37,666 nucleotides of DNA from a virus (Duplodnaviria; Caudoviricetes): the IMG/VR virus record IMGVR_UViG_3300017909_003475, positions 1 through 37,666 of that record. One strand, 5' to 3'. This document shows, one piece after another, positions 1 through 9,508 of this stretch. Made by a program: the position numbers and the translations under genes. Position 1 is the stretch's first letter. Each line of letters starts with the position of its first letter. Under the pieces are notes generated by a model. That model saw nothing but the letters and a program-made list of their open reading frames with translations, ran no database searches and was not told the DNA's origin.

Positions 1-207
1 ACTTGGAACGATTCTATTTATTCAGGATATTATTATCCAGCAGTTAGTGTTTTTCAGGGCAATGGTTTAGAAATGAACTTTGGTGGTTATACATCAAATC
101 CTATTGCAAGTGGAGCAAGTGATGCCAACGGTTATGGAAACTTTGAATACGCACCGCCTTCAGGATACTATGCAATATGCACCAAGAATTTAGCGGAGTA
201 CGGATAA
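1..207 (+). CDS. C-terminal end of a tail-associated protein (SPRY/ConA-like lectin type), truncated by the window edge
   Basis: Frame +1 is open from base 1 to TAA 205-207 (...MNFGGY...DANGYGNFEYAPPSGYYAICTKNLAEYG*), a C-terminus typical of marine phage lectin-like tail proteins. Not in the ORF track. Confidence 0.6.
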   Translation, partial: TWNDSIYSGYYYPAVSVFQGNGLEMNFGGYTSNPIASGASDANGYGNFEYAPPSGYYAICTKNLAEYG

Positions 208-213
208 TTAATT

Positions 214-1284
214 ATGGCATATACAACAATAGACACACCTGAAAGTTATTTTAATGTAGTGACTTACACAGGTAATGGTTCTACGCAATCAATTACAGGT
301 GTTGGTTTTCAACCTGATATGGTTTGGATTAAAAGTAGAAATGCAACAGGTGAACATGTCATAACAGATTCAAGCAGAGGAACCGGTAAACATTTTAAAT
401 GTGAATCAAATTGGGAATATGTAGAGCAAAGTTCTTCTACAGGTGTTACTTCTTTTGATAGCGATGGATTTAGTTTAGGTGCAGACGTATCATTCAATAC
501 CAATAATGATACTTATGTTGCTTGGTGTTGGAAAATAAATGGTGGTACAACCGAAACAATAGCAGCAGGTTCACCAACATATGACCCATCTGAATCAACA
601 GTACAAAAAAATCTAACAGCAAATATAACAATATCAGAGTATCAAGGTTCAACAAGCTATGGTTCATATTCACATGGTTTGGGTGAAATACCTGCATTTA
701 CAATGATTAAATCTAAAACAGTTGGTAGTAATGCAGCTATAACAATTTTACATAATAAATTAGGCTATGATAACGCTTTACAAATGAGTACAGGTGGTCC
801 TTATGGTACTGCTTATTTTGATGCAGCACCAACAGCTTCGGTTGTAAATTGTAAAGATGTAAATGCTGTATTTAGACCTCAAGGTGCTAAAAGTTATATT
901 GGATATCATTTTGGTGATGAACAAGGTTATCAAAAAGTAGGATTAGCAAAGGGAAATTCTAGCACAGACGGTACATTCATACATTTAGGATTTAAACCAA
1001 GATGGTTTATGGTTAGAAGATATGATACAACAGGTAACGGAACTTTTTTAATAGATAGTCATAGGAAAACCTCTAATACAGACTCAAATCCATTTTTGAG
1101 ATTACATACTCAAACTGGTGAAAGCACTGGAACAGCAGGAGCTAACTCTATCTATGTAGATTTTTTAAGTAATGGGGTCAAAATGAGGTCAACAGATAGT
1201 GAATTAAATGGTACTTTAATTTATTGGGCAATAGCAGAAAGACCTTTTGTAAGTTCAACAGGAATACCCAACACAGCACAATAG
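214..1284 (+). CDS. Virion/tail-fibre-associated beta-rich protein
   Basis: Repeated motifs YTGNG, GFQPDMVWIKSR, YVAWCWK, GFKPRWFMVRR typical of marine phage tail accessory proteins; GGAG upstream. Confidence 0.6.
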   Translation: MAYTTIDTPESYFNVVTYTGNGSTQSITGVGFQPDMVWIKSRNATGEHVITDSSRGTGKHFKCESNWEYVEQSSSTGVTSFDSDGFSLGADVSFNTNNDTYVAWCWKINGGTTETIAAGSPTYDPSESTVQKNLTANITISEYQGSTSYGSYSHGLGEIPAFTMIKSKTVGSNAAITILHNKLGYDNALQMSTGGPYGTAYFDAAPTASVVNCKDVNAVFRPQGAKSYIGYHFGDEQGYQKVGLAKGNSSTDGTFIHLGFKPRWFMVRRYDTTGNGTFLIDSHRKTSNTDSNPFLRLHTQTGESTGTAGANSIYVDFLSNGVKMRSTDSELNGTLIYWAIAERPFVSSTGIPNTAQ

Positions 1285-1293
1285 GAGTAAATT

Positions 1294-1821
1294 ATGTGGG
1301 CATTAGTAGAATCAGATAACGTAACACAAGTCTTTACAAGACCGAAGGCACTGACGATTGGTGAAAATCAATATCAGGCAAATATATTTAATTTATGGAG
1401 TACTTCCGAACTGGAAGCACTTGGCATTTATGAAGTCGTAATAGACAATACAAATTTAAAAGATAAAGAATATTATGTCAATACGAATCAAACATTTGCT
1501 TTTAGCGGTGGAACTGTAACTGCAAGTTATGGTACTGCAACAGCAAAAGACTTAGCAACATTAAAAACAGAACATAAAGAAAGAATAAATGCACAAGCAG
1601 GAAGTTTACTTGCACCATATGATTGGTATACTTTAAGAGAAGCAGATGGTGGTACTGCAGTGCCTTCTAATGTGAATACGTATAGAACAGCAATTAGAAC
1701 AACAGCAAATGATATGTGTACAAAAATTGATGCAGTAGCAGATGTAGATGCTCTTGCGGCTCTTTATGTATATTCAACAGACACTAGACCGCTTGGAGAG
1801 TGGCCGACACTAGGGAGTTAA
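1294..1821 (+). CDS. Tail fibre assembly chaperone-like protein
   Basis: C-terminal LLAPYDWY...YRTAIRT...WP motif; AGGAG SD; lies between tail-fibre genes. Confidence 0.55.
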   Translation: MWALVESDNVTQVFTRPKALTIGENQYQANIFNLWSTSELEALGIYEVVIDNTNLKDKEYYVNTNQTFAFSGGTVTASYGTATAKDLATLKTEHKERINAQAGSLLAPYDWYTLREADGGTAVPSNVNTYRTAIRTTANDMCTKIDAVADVDALAALYVYSTDTRPLGEWPTLGS

Positions 1822-1824
1822 TAA

Positions 1825-3552
1825 ATGGTAACAAAGGTTAAATCAGGAGTAATTGGAGATAATACAGTTGGTATTACTCAGCTAAATGTATCAGACGGTA
1901 GTAATGGACAAGTACTTACTACAAACGGTTCTGGCACTCTTAGTTTTACAACTATCTCAGCAGGAGTAGCAGGTATTTCAACAAGTGCAGATGCCACAGC
2001 AATAACTATAGATAGTAGTGAAAGTGTAGCATTTAGTCAAAATGTAACAGTTGCAGGAGATTTAACAGTAGATACAAATACATTTCATGTGGATTCAGCA
2101 GATAATGCAGTAGGTGTTGGTAATACCTCACCAAACTATCCTTTACATATTAGTAAAACTCAAACTGAAACTTATGACGGAAATGGAGAACCTGATGGAA
2201 CGTCGGATCATGGAAGACCAACAGCAATAGTTCGTATTGAAAATAACTCAGCAACAGATAAAGCTCATGCAACATTAGAGTTTAAAGCAGAACCTGCAAG
2301 TGGAAATGAAGCAAGAGGATTTATTGGTCTTGAATCACAAAGTGGCGGTAATGACGGAAATATGTTCTTAGGACTTAGAGTTGGAGCAACAGAGCATCAA
2401 ACAAGACTTCATATTAGTGAACATGCTGTAGAAGGACCTTTAATAAGAGCAACTGCTTGGTGGAATGGTGCCATGAAAGCACCTGGAGATAACGCTTGTG
2501 AAATTGGAGTATCGGGTAGTAATGCATATCTTATTGGATATGATAGAATAAATACTCATTATCTTCCAGTTTACTTTGATGGAGAGTATATTACTTTTGG
2601 AACAAACTCAGCATCAGGCGGTGGCGGAACACAAGCAGCAAAGTGGAGAATAGGAAACACTGGTCATTTCTATCCAATGTCAAATGATGTATATGATGTT
2701 GGTACAGGCGGATATGAAATAAGAAGAGTTCTTTCAGGAGGTACAATTAGTACTTCTAATACATCAGGACAGCCAATTGTTTCTACTAGTGGACAAGGAA
2801 ATCTGCATGTTAGTGCTCCAGTATCTAGTACTACTGGAATAACTTTTGGAATGGAAGGGAATAGTGGAAATACACAAGCAGCATTTACATGTCATAATAA
2901 TAATTCAAACGGTACACACTTAGGATTTCATACAACACAATCTTATGCCACTGGACCAAGATGTCGTGTGAAATTTAGTAACTATGGTACAATTATATGT
3001 GGATATGATCAGGCAGTTCATGATGTAACTGCTCCTACAAATACTGCAGTTTATTCAATATACGGAGACATATATTGCAATGCCTCTAATAATGATGTAA
3101 TGCTAAGTGATGAACTTGGCGGATATTCAAGAGGAACTTATTCAACATTTAAATCAACTGGTTCTTATATTTACTTTACAGTAGGAAGTACTTATGCTTC
3201 TTATATCTCAAGTAATGGTTCTTATACTTCTACTTCTGATATTTCTTTAAAAGAAAATATTACAACACTTAGTGGAGCGCTTGGAAAAGTAAACCAGCTT
3301 AGAGGAGTAAACTTTAATTGGAAAGATTCAGCGAGAGGAACAGGAAACCAGATTGGTTTTATTGCACAAGAAGTAGAATCGGTTTACCCAGAATTTGTAG
3401 ATGATGGGGGACTACCCGCAGACCAAAATGGAGACGATGCTCCAAAAACTGTTGACTATGCAAAAATGGTAGCAGTATGTGTAGAAGCAATAAAAGAACT
3501 AAAAACAGAACTAGATGCAGCAAAAGCAAGAATAACAACACTAGAGGGATAA
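1825..3552 (+). CDS. Tail fibre protein with C-terminal peptidase S74 intramolecular chaperone
   Basis: N-terminal DGSNGQVLTTNGSG spacer; S-D cleavage motif SDISLKENI, GFIAQEVE, VDYAKM and terminal coiled coil EAIKELKTELDAAKARITTLE. Confidence 0.85.
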   Translation: MVTKVKSGVIGDNTVGITQLNVSDGSNGQVLTTNGSGTLSFTTISAGVAGISTSADATAITIDSSESVAFSQNVTVAGDLTVDTNTFHVDSADNAVGVGNTSPNYPLHISKTQTETYDGNGEPDGTSDHGRPTAIVRIENNSATDKAHATLEFKAEPASGNEARGFIGLESQSGGNDGNMFLGLRVGATEHQTRLHISEHAVEGPLIRATAWWNGAMKAPGDNACEIGVSGSNAYLIGYDRINTHYLPVYFDGEYITFGTNSASGGGGTQAAKWRIGNTGHFYPMSNDVYDVGTGGYEIRRVLSGGTISTSNTSGQPIVSTSGQGNLHVSAPVSSTTGITFGMEGNSGNTQAAFTCHNNNSNGTHLGFHTTQSYATGPRCRVKFSNYGTIICGYDQAVHDVTAPTNTAVYSIYGDIYCNASNNDVMLSDELGGYSRGTYSTFKSTGSYIYFTVGSTYASYISSNGSYTSTSDISLKENITTLSGALGKVNQLRGVNFNWKDSARGTGNQIGFIAQEVESVYPEFVDDGGLPADQNGDDAPKTVDYAKMVAVCVEAIKELKTELDAAKARITTLEG

Positions 3553-3553
3553 A

Positions 3554-4930
3554 ATGGCAAAAACAACAATACCAGCAGGATATTTTGCAGCAGGCTCAAT
3601 AGCAACAGCCGATATTGCTGATGACGCAGTAACCGCAGATAAACTTGCGGCAAACTCTGTTGTTTCAGCAAGTATAGTAAATGGTACTATAGTAACTGCA
3701 GACTTAGCAGATGATGCAATTACTGAGGCAAAAATAGCTGATGATGCTGTTGGAGCAGATCAACTTGCAGCAAACTCTGTTGTTTCGGCAAGTATAGTAA
3801 ACGGCACAATAGCAACAGGAGACATTGCTGACGATGCAATTACTGCAGCGAAAATTGTAGATAACCCCGCGTTTAGTGGAACTGGTTCTATAACTGTTCC
3901 TTCAGGTACAACAGCACAAAGACCTGCTAGCGCTTCTAATGGAATGATTAGATATAACACCACTGAAAATTCTATGGAAGTTTATGACAACAGTAATTGG
4001 AAACAGTTAGATACTACAACATATCCAGTTCCAACAGATTTTTTAGTTATTGCAGGCGGTGGCGGTGGAGCAGGTTCAGGCGCAGGATCAGGTGGCGGTG
4101 GAGCAGGTGGTTATAGATCATCTTATAATAATGAAACTTCAGGCGGTGGCGGTTCTTCAGAAACAACCTTATCATTAACAGTAGGTGTTCAATACACAAT
4201 TACAGTTGGAGCAGGCGGAGCAGGTGGAGCTACAAATAATAGTTACGCAAGTGCAGGTAGCAATTCATCTATTGCAGGGACAGGCATAACTACAATTACT
4301 TCTATAGGTGGTGGCGAAGGAAACTATACTAATGGTGGTGGTAATGGCGGTTCAGGCGGTGGAGCAGGTGGTGGAAATACAAATAACTCTTCAGGTACAG
4401 CAAATCAGGGTTATGGTGGCGGTTCTTCAACATATCATGGAAATTCTTACTATAGTGGAGGTGGTGGAGGCGGTGCTTCCGCAGCTGGCGGTGACGCCTA
4501 TGGTCCCAGCCCTTTTGCTCAAGGGTGGCAAGCTGGAGATAGTGGAGCAGGTAATGGTGGTAATGGTGTTGCTTCAACAATCACAGGTTCTTCTGTTACT
4601 AGGGCAGGTGGGGGCGGTGGCGGTTGTCGCTTAACTGGCTCCTCAATGGTTCCAGGCTCAGGTGGTACTGGTGGAGGTGGAGATGGTGCGCCTACGAATG
4701 GAAGTTACACTGAATCGTCTATATCAGGCACAGCAAATACAGGAAGCGGTGGCGGAGCAGGCAGCTCACAGGTTACAGGCTCAGGTGGTGGAGATGGTGG
4801 CTCAGGTGTAGTTATTTTAAGATTACCAACTGCACAGTACTCAAGTACTACAACAGGTTCGCCAACAGTAACAACTGATGGTGATGACACAATTATAACA
4901 TTCACTTCAAGTGGAACTTATACAGCTTAG
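3554..4930 (+). CDS. Glycine-rich tail/virion protein with N-terminal 10-aa repeats
   Basis: ADDAITxAKI-type repeats, PSGTTAQRP...GMIRYNTT linker, then a Gly-rich domain from FLVIAGGGGG to GGSGVVILR. Confidence 0.7.
   Translation: MAKTTIPAGYFAAGSIATADIADDAVTADKLAANSVVSASIVNGTIVTADLADDAITEAKIADDAVGADQLAANSVVSASIVNGTIATGDIADDAITAAKIVDNPAFSGTGSITVPSGTTAQRPASASNGMIRYNTTENSMEVYDNSNWKQLDTTTYPVPTDFLVIAGGGGGAGSGAGSGGGGAGGYRSSYNNETSGGGGSSETTLSLTVGVQYTITVGAGGAGGATNNSYASAGSNSSIAGTGITTITSIGGGEGNYTNGGGNGGSGGGAGGGNTNNSSGTANQGYGGGSSTYHGNSYYSGGGGGGASAAGGDAYGPSPFAQGWQAGDSGAGNGGNGVASTITGSSVTRAGGGGGGCRLTGSSMVPGSGGTGGGGDGAPTNGSYTESSISGTANTGSGGGAGSSQVTGSGGGDGGSGVVILRLPTAQYSSTTTGSPTVTTDGDDTIITFTSSGTYTA
3617..3845 (+). 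repeat. Imperfect 120-bp (40-aa) tandem duplication inside the Gly-rich tail gene
   Basis: 3617-3725 and 3737-3845 both encode ADDAVxADxLAANSVVSASIVNGTIxTxDxADDAIT; GCAAACTCTGTTGTTTC is identical at a 120-bp offset. Confidence 0.85.
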
Positions 4931-4940
4931 GAGATTAATT

Positions 4941-5255
4941 ATGGGAATATATGCAAAAGTAAGAGATGGTTTAGTAGTTAATGTAATCGTTGCTGATGAC
5001 GAATTTTTTGAAACTTTTGTTGACGATACACCAGGTACTTATGTAGAAACAAAAAAAGATGGATCTATAAGAAAAAATTATGCAGGAATAGGATTTTCTT
5101 ATGATTCAACAAGAGATGCTTTTATTCCTCCACAGCCTTTTGAGTCCTGGACTTTAAATGAAGAAACCTGTTTATGGGAATCTCCAGTAGAATACCCCAA
5201 TGATGGCAATATTTATTATTGGGATGAAGATCAACAAAACTGGATTAGAGACTAA
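4941..5255 (+). CDS. Small conserved tail-module protein (partner of Gly-rich tail proteins)
   Basis: RKNYAGIGFSYD...DAFIPPQPFESW...WESPVEYP motif. Start moved to ATG 4941, after AGGAG. Confidence 0.65.
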   Translation: MGIYAKVRDGLVVNVIVADDEFFETFVDDTPGTYVETKKDGSIRKNYAGIGFSYDSTRDAFIPPQPFESWTLNEETCLWESPVEYPNDGNIYYWDEDQQNWIRD

Positions 5256-5256
5256 T

Positions 5257-5282
5257 AAAAAAGGGGCTTACGCCCCTTCTTC
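5257..5282. terminator. Bidirectional intrinsic terminator between the convergent late and early arms
   Basis: AAGGGGC-TTAC-GCCCCTT (5261-5278) flanked by an A-run (U-tract on -) and pyrimidines on +. The stop codon of ORF 5268-5510 lies in the loop. Confidence 0.85.
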
Positions 5283-5510
5283 TTCTGAAACCTCTTCTTG
5301 GGGTTTCTCCACTTCCTCTTTCAATCGTTCAGTAAAACCCATTTTAGCAACGAGCAAGGTATCATAAGATACTTTTGTTCCTTGTAATTTGGCTTCTACG
5401 TCATTCAGACAGGAAATAAAATATTTCGCTTGGTCTGATAAATCGGAAATGACATATTTTTTATCATCGAGAACCAATACTGGTTCTTCTTGGGTTACTT
5501 CTGTCGACAT
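5268..5510 (-). CDS. Hypothetical acidic coiled-coil protein
   Basis: 80 aa with AGGAG SD; last gene of the early arm. Confidence 0.6.
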   Translation of the reverse strand: MSTEVTQEEPVLVLDDKKYVISDLSDQAKYFISCLNDVEAKLQGTKVSYDTLLVAKMGFTERLKEEVEKPQEEVSEEEGA

Positions 5511-5519
5511 AATTTTCTC

Positions 5520-6479
5520 CTATTTAAAAATATCTTGCCAGTTTCCTTGTGTACTACTCTTTGCATACTCAGTAGCACGGTTTTCAAAAAAGTTGGTATG
5601 CTCAACTGCATTGACTTGCATATCAATCCAAGGCAAAGGATTTTCATCACTATGAAAAATATTTTTCATACCTAGTCCAAGTAATCTTCTATCCGCAATG
5701 TAACGAATATATTCTTTTACTTCCTCTGCTGTTAAGTCTGGAATTTCTGCTTTATCAAAACAAATATCAATAAATTTATCTTCTAGTTCAACTACTCTTT
5801 CTGCCGCACAGTAGATTTCATACTTCAACTTATCTGTCCATATCTCAGGATTTTCCGCAATAAATGTACGAAATAATTTGGACACATTCTCTACATGGAG
5901 ACTTTCGTCTCGTATTGACCATGTAACAATTTGTCCCATTCCTTTCATAAGATTATGTCTTGGATAGTTGAGTAGTATTGCAAAACTACTGAATAGTTGG
6001 ACTCCTTCTGTAAATCCACTATAAACTGCCATTGTCTTTGCAATGTCGTGTTTTGAATTCATATTGAAGTCAGATAGATACTCATGTTTCTCTACCATTT
6101 CTTGTATATCCATAAATTCTTGATAAATGTCTTCCTCTTTTCCAAGAGTTTCCAAAAGCAAAGAGTAAGCCTCTTGATGAACTGCTTCCATCGCAGCAAA
6201 CGATACAAGCATCATTCTAACTTCTGGTTGTTTAAATGTTGGTAGATAATGTTTGGCATAGCCACAACATACATCTACGTCTGCCTGAGTAAAGAATCGA
6301 AAGATATTATCAATCAATGCTCTATTCTCAGGAGTAAGTTTTTCGTTATAATCCTTTATGTCATCTTGAAGAGGCACTTCATCAGGTAGCCAATGCATTT
6401 GTTGTTGCTTTTTATAAGCCTCAAATGCCCAAGAATAATTAAAAGGTTTATAGTAGTCTCTTTCCTCTAGTAAATTCAT
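5520..6479 (-). CDS. nrdB: Ribonucleotide reductase class I beta subunit
   Basis: HWLPDEV, FFTQADVDV, EAVHQEAYS (radical Tyr), EGVQLFSSF, RDESLH, NFFE C-terminus. Start moved to ATG 6479 (MNLLEERDYYKPF), 2 nt after the cytochrome c stop. Confidence 0.95.
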   Translation of the reverse strand: MNLLEERDYYKPFNYSWAFEAYKKQQQMHWLPDEVPLQDDIKDYNEKLTPENRALIDNIFRFFTQADVDVCCGYAKHYLPTFKQPEVRMMLVSFAAMEAVHQEAYSLLLETLGKEEDIYQEFMDIQEMVEKHEYLSDFNMNSKHDIAKTMAVYSGFTEGVQLFSSFAILLNYPRHNLMKGMGQIVTWSIRDESLHVENVSKLFRTFIAENPEIWTDKLKYEIYCAAERVVELEDKFIDICFDKAEIPDLTAEEVKEYIRYIADRRLLGLGMKNIFHSDENPLPWIDMQVNAVEHTNFFENRATEYAKSSTQGNWQDIFK

Positions 6480-6481
6480 AA

Positions 6482-6910
6482 TTAAAAAGTAATAATGTAT
6501 GCCGCAAGATTTTCTATATCTGCACTTGATAGGGAAGCTGATTGTCCCCACATTAACACAGACTGTGCTCCTCTTGTCTCACCATTCTTGTAAGCTACTA
6601 ACTTACTGATTATTTCTTCTGAAGTTTGACCAACTAACGCTGGACCGACTCCGCCTTCGCCATTGCCACCATGACATGCAGCACACCCGCTGTAGAGTTT
6701 TGCTCCAAGTTCTGCAGGACTAGAATTAGCAGCAAGTAATCTTTTCTGCTTTTCCATTTCTGCTGGTGTTCCATTTAGTTGTATATAGTCAGCGTAACAC
6801 TGTCCTATACACTGGTGCACTCTATTTGCACCTGTATATTGTGATTGGCTATGTGCGTAAGCAATAACTGCCACCACAACAAAACATATTGATAGTATAA
6901 ATGCTTTCAT
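6482..6910 (-). CDS. Exported class I monoheme cytochrome c (c553/c4-like)
   Basis: Signal peptide/anchor MKAFILSICFVVVAVIAYA, GAKLYSGCAACHG heme motif, GPALVGQ, distal Met (LMWGQ), C-terminal LSSADIENLAAYI helix. Confidence 0.9.
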   Translation of the reverse strand: MKAFILSICFVVVAVIAYAHSQSQYTGANRVHQCIGQCYADYIQLNGTPAEMEKQKRLLAANSSPAELGAKLYSGCAACHGGNGEGGVGPALVGQTSEEIISKLVAYKNGETRGAQSVLMWGQSASLSSADIENLAAYIITF

Positions 6911-8670
6911 TATCCCTCACAACTGAGACAATCTGATTGTTCAAAGATTATCTCTCTTTTTACTTTGTTTGATACATTATCTGCTCTTGAAATAGCTTCA
7001 CTTCTTAGATAGTATAATGTTTTTAGATTCTTTGCCCATGCCAACATATGAATGTTGTGTAAGTCTGCCTTATTTACATCAGGCGGAAAGAATAAATTAA
7101 CACTCTGACTCTGACAGATAAATTCCTGTCTTTGTGCAGCATGTTCTACTACCCAAGATTGATTGATTTCTACAGCAGTCTTGAATACTTCTTTTTCTTC
7201 TGGTGTAAGAACGTCAAGATGTTGAACGCTTCCTTTGTTAGTTACAACACTTTTCCAAGTATCTTCTGTATTCGCACCTTTACTTTCAAGAACTTCTTCT
7301 AGGAACTTATTCTTCATTAAATAAGAACCTGATTTAGTTTTCTGAGTAAAAGCATTTGCACGGAAAGGTTCTATACTAGGACTTGTATTTCCACAAATAA
7401 TACTAGAACTTGCATTTGGTGCTATCGCAAGTAAATGTGCATTTCTTACTTCACAAGAGTCATCATCTGGGCAAGCTCCTCTTTCAACTGCAAGTCTGCG
7501 AGTTTCTTGAAGTGCATTACTCTTTATAAAATCAAACATCTCATAGTTTACACTACTTGCAATAATTCCTTCAAATGGTATATTGCTCTTTTGTAAATAT
7601 GCGTGGAATCCCATAGCACCAAGTCCAATACTTCTCTCCCTAAAAGCACTGTACTTTGCTCTTTCTAAGCTATCAGGTGCATTTGTAATAAAATGTTCTA
7701 AAACATTGTCTAACATTCTTACTAAGTCTGGAATAAATGCTGGAACTTTCTTCCATTCATCATAATACTCCAGATTTACACTTGATAAACAGCATACTGC
7801 AGTTCTTTCTTCATTAGTTGCAAGTGTAATTTCAGAACAAAGATTACTATGATTTACATATAATCCTTTTCTTTTCTGAAAGTCTGGAAGTTCTGCGTTA
7901 ACAGCATCTTCAAACATTAGATAAGGTTCTCCAGTTTCCATACGATTCTGGAGTAATTTTACCCAAAGTGTTCTTGCACTTACAACTTTTTTGACTTCAC
8001 CACTGTGCGGATCAATAAGTTCCCAACTGTCATCAAAGTTTTCTTCGTGTGTTGCACGGTGTATAGTTTCCATGAATTTATCAGGTATTACTACACCATG
8101 ATGCAAGTTTATGCATTTACGGTTTACATCTCCGCCTGTAGGTTTTCTTATATCAAGAAACTCCTCTATTTCAGGATGGCTCATGTGTAGATAACTTGCA
8201 TAACTACCTCTACGAGTAACTCCTTGTGAGAAAGCGAGCATTTCTGCATCAACTACTTTCATAAAAGGAATAACACCTGTAGACTCTGAGCCTTTTGAAG
8301 TTTTTGTGCCTTGTGCACGAACTGAACTCCATGACCCACCTATACCTCCTCCAAATGAGGATAAGTAGGCATTTTCAGTATAATGTTCTGTTATACCTTC
8401 TCTTGAATCATCAACATAGTTTAGAAAACAAGAGATAGGTAATCCTCTTTCTGTGCCTCCATTAGAAAGAACAGGAGTTGCAAACATAAACCATAGATTA
8501 CTTGCGTAATCATATAGTCTTTGTGCATGTTCATCATCGTCTGCAAAAGTACGTGCTGCTCTTGCAAACGCTTCTTGTGGAGAGCTCTCGCCAGGAACCA
8601 TATACCGATCTTCCAGAGTTTTAATACTAAACTCTGTTAATAATTTATCTTTACTATAATCTAGTTTCAT
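6910..8670 (-). CDS. nrdA: Ribonucleotide reductase class I alpha subunit (short, no ATP cone)
   Basis: ATPVLSN, PISCF, SNLCSEI, AIAPNASSS, KTLYYLRS and terminal CLSCEG. Confidence 0.95.
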   Translation of the reverse strand: MKLDYSKDKLLTEFSIKTLEDRYMVPGESSPQEAFARAARTFADDDEHAQRLYDYASNLWFMFATPVLSNGGTERGLPISCFLNYVDDSREGITEHYTENAYLSSFGGGIGGSWSSVRAQGTKTSKGSESTGVIPFMKVVDAEMLAFSQGVTRRGSYASYLHMSHPEIEEFLDIRKPTGGDVNRKCINLHHGVVIPDKFMETIHRATHEENFDDSWELIDPHSGEVKKVVSARTLWVKLLQNRMETGEPYLMFEDAVNAELPDFQKRKGLYVNHSNLCSEITLATNEERTAVCCLSSVNLEYYDEWKKVPAFIPDLVRMLDNVLEHFITNAPDSLERAKYSAFRERSIGLGAMGFHAYLQKSNIPFEGIIASSVNYEMFDFIKSNALQETRRLAVERGACPDDDSCEVRNAHLLAIAPNASSSIICGNTSPSIEPFRANAFTQKTKSGSYLMKNKFLEEVLESKGANTEDTWKSVVTNKGSVQHLDVLTPEEKEVFKTAVEINQSWVVEHAAQRQEFICQSQSVNLFFPPDVNKADLHNIHMLAWAKNLKTLYYLRSEAISRADNVSNKVKREIIFEQSDCLSCEG

Positions 8671-9508
8671 CTAAGTGCCTTTTTAAAGTTGTGTTAATAA
8701 CTTCTTTGTTTTCTTCACCTATGGCATCTTCACAGTAGGTAAGTAAATCCATTAGTTCAACATTTTGTAAAAGTTGTTCTGAATTTTCATTTAAGTTCTG
8801 AATATACTTGTACTTACCTTCTAGTGGACATGCACCATAAATGTCAAAAACATCTCCATATTGTTCCATTAGCTGTACTGCGCGTTTTGGACCGATTCCA
8901 GGTATTCCTGGAACATTGTCCCCTTTATCGCCAGTCAGACATTTGAATGTAATATAATCAGGAATCTCAAAGTCATAATGTTCATCCCAATTATGTACTG
9001 TAGTTTCTTTACGAGTTACAGTACTAAATCTTGACACTCTATCATTGATTAGTAAATCCCAATCTCTATCTGATGATATTAACCAGCACTCGTCTAATCC
9101 AAAATTGTCAAGTTCTTTACTAATATATGCTGCAATATCATCTGCTTCTACTCCTTTGAAGTGAAAGACAGGGTGAGTTTTACGAATTTCTGTAAGTGTA
9201 TTCGCAAATTCTGCCATAAACATCTCAAACTCTTTCTCCTCTTGTGGAGTTTGTTCAGCATATTTTTCTTTACGATTTGCCTTGTATTCGGGGTATATAT
9301 CCTTACGATAGCTACTACCACCGTCAGCACACACTACTATAGTTCCTGCATTATAGGACTTAGCAAGTGATTCTACTGTACGAATATAGTCATACTTAAA
9401 GTCTAGTACTCCTTGATGTTTCCATCTAAAAGCTATATTTAAGCCATCAACTATCAGCAAGTTCCCAGTCGGAGCTGGGTTCCCAAGGTCTGAGAATTTT
9501 ATCGCCAT
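8654..9508 (-). CDS. D15: 5'-3' flap endonuclease (T5 D15-like)
   Basis: LLIVDG, YPEYKANR, GVEADD, SSDRD, GDKGDNVPGIPGIGPKRA. Confidence 0.92.
   Translation of the reverse strand: MAIKFSDLGNPAPTGNLLIVDGLNIAFRWKHQGVLDFKYDYIRTVESLAKSYNAGTIVVCADGGSSYRKDIYPEYKANRKEKYAEQTPQEEKEFEMFMAEFANTLTEIRKTHPVFHFKGVEADDIAAYISKELDNFGLDECWLISSDRDWDLLINDRVSRFSTVTRKETTVHNWDEHYDFEIPDYITFKCLTGDKGDNVPGIPGIGPKRAVQLMEQYGDVFDIYGACPLEGKYKYIQNLNENSEQLLQNVELMDLLTYCEDAIGEENKEVINTTLKRHLDETRL

Noticed and set aside
4050-4810. GGTGG/GGCGG-rich low-complexity DNA
   Set aside because: Explained by glycine codons of the Gly-rich domain.
6482-6910. Cytochrome c as direct electron donor to RNR
   Set aside because: Signal peptide and c-type maturation place it outside the cytoplasm.
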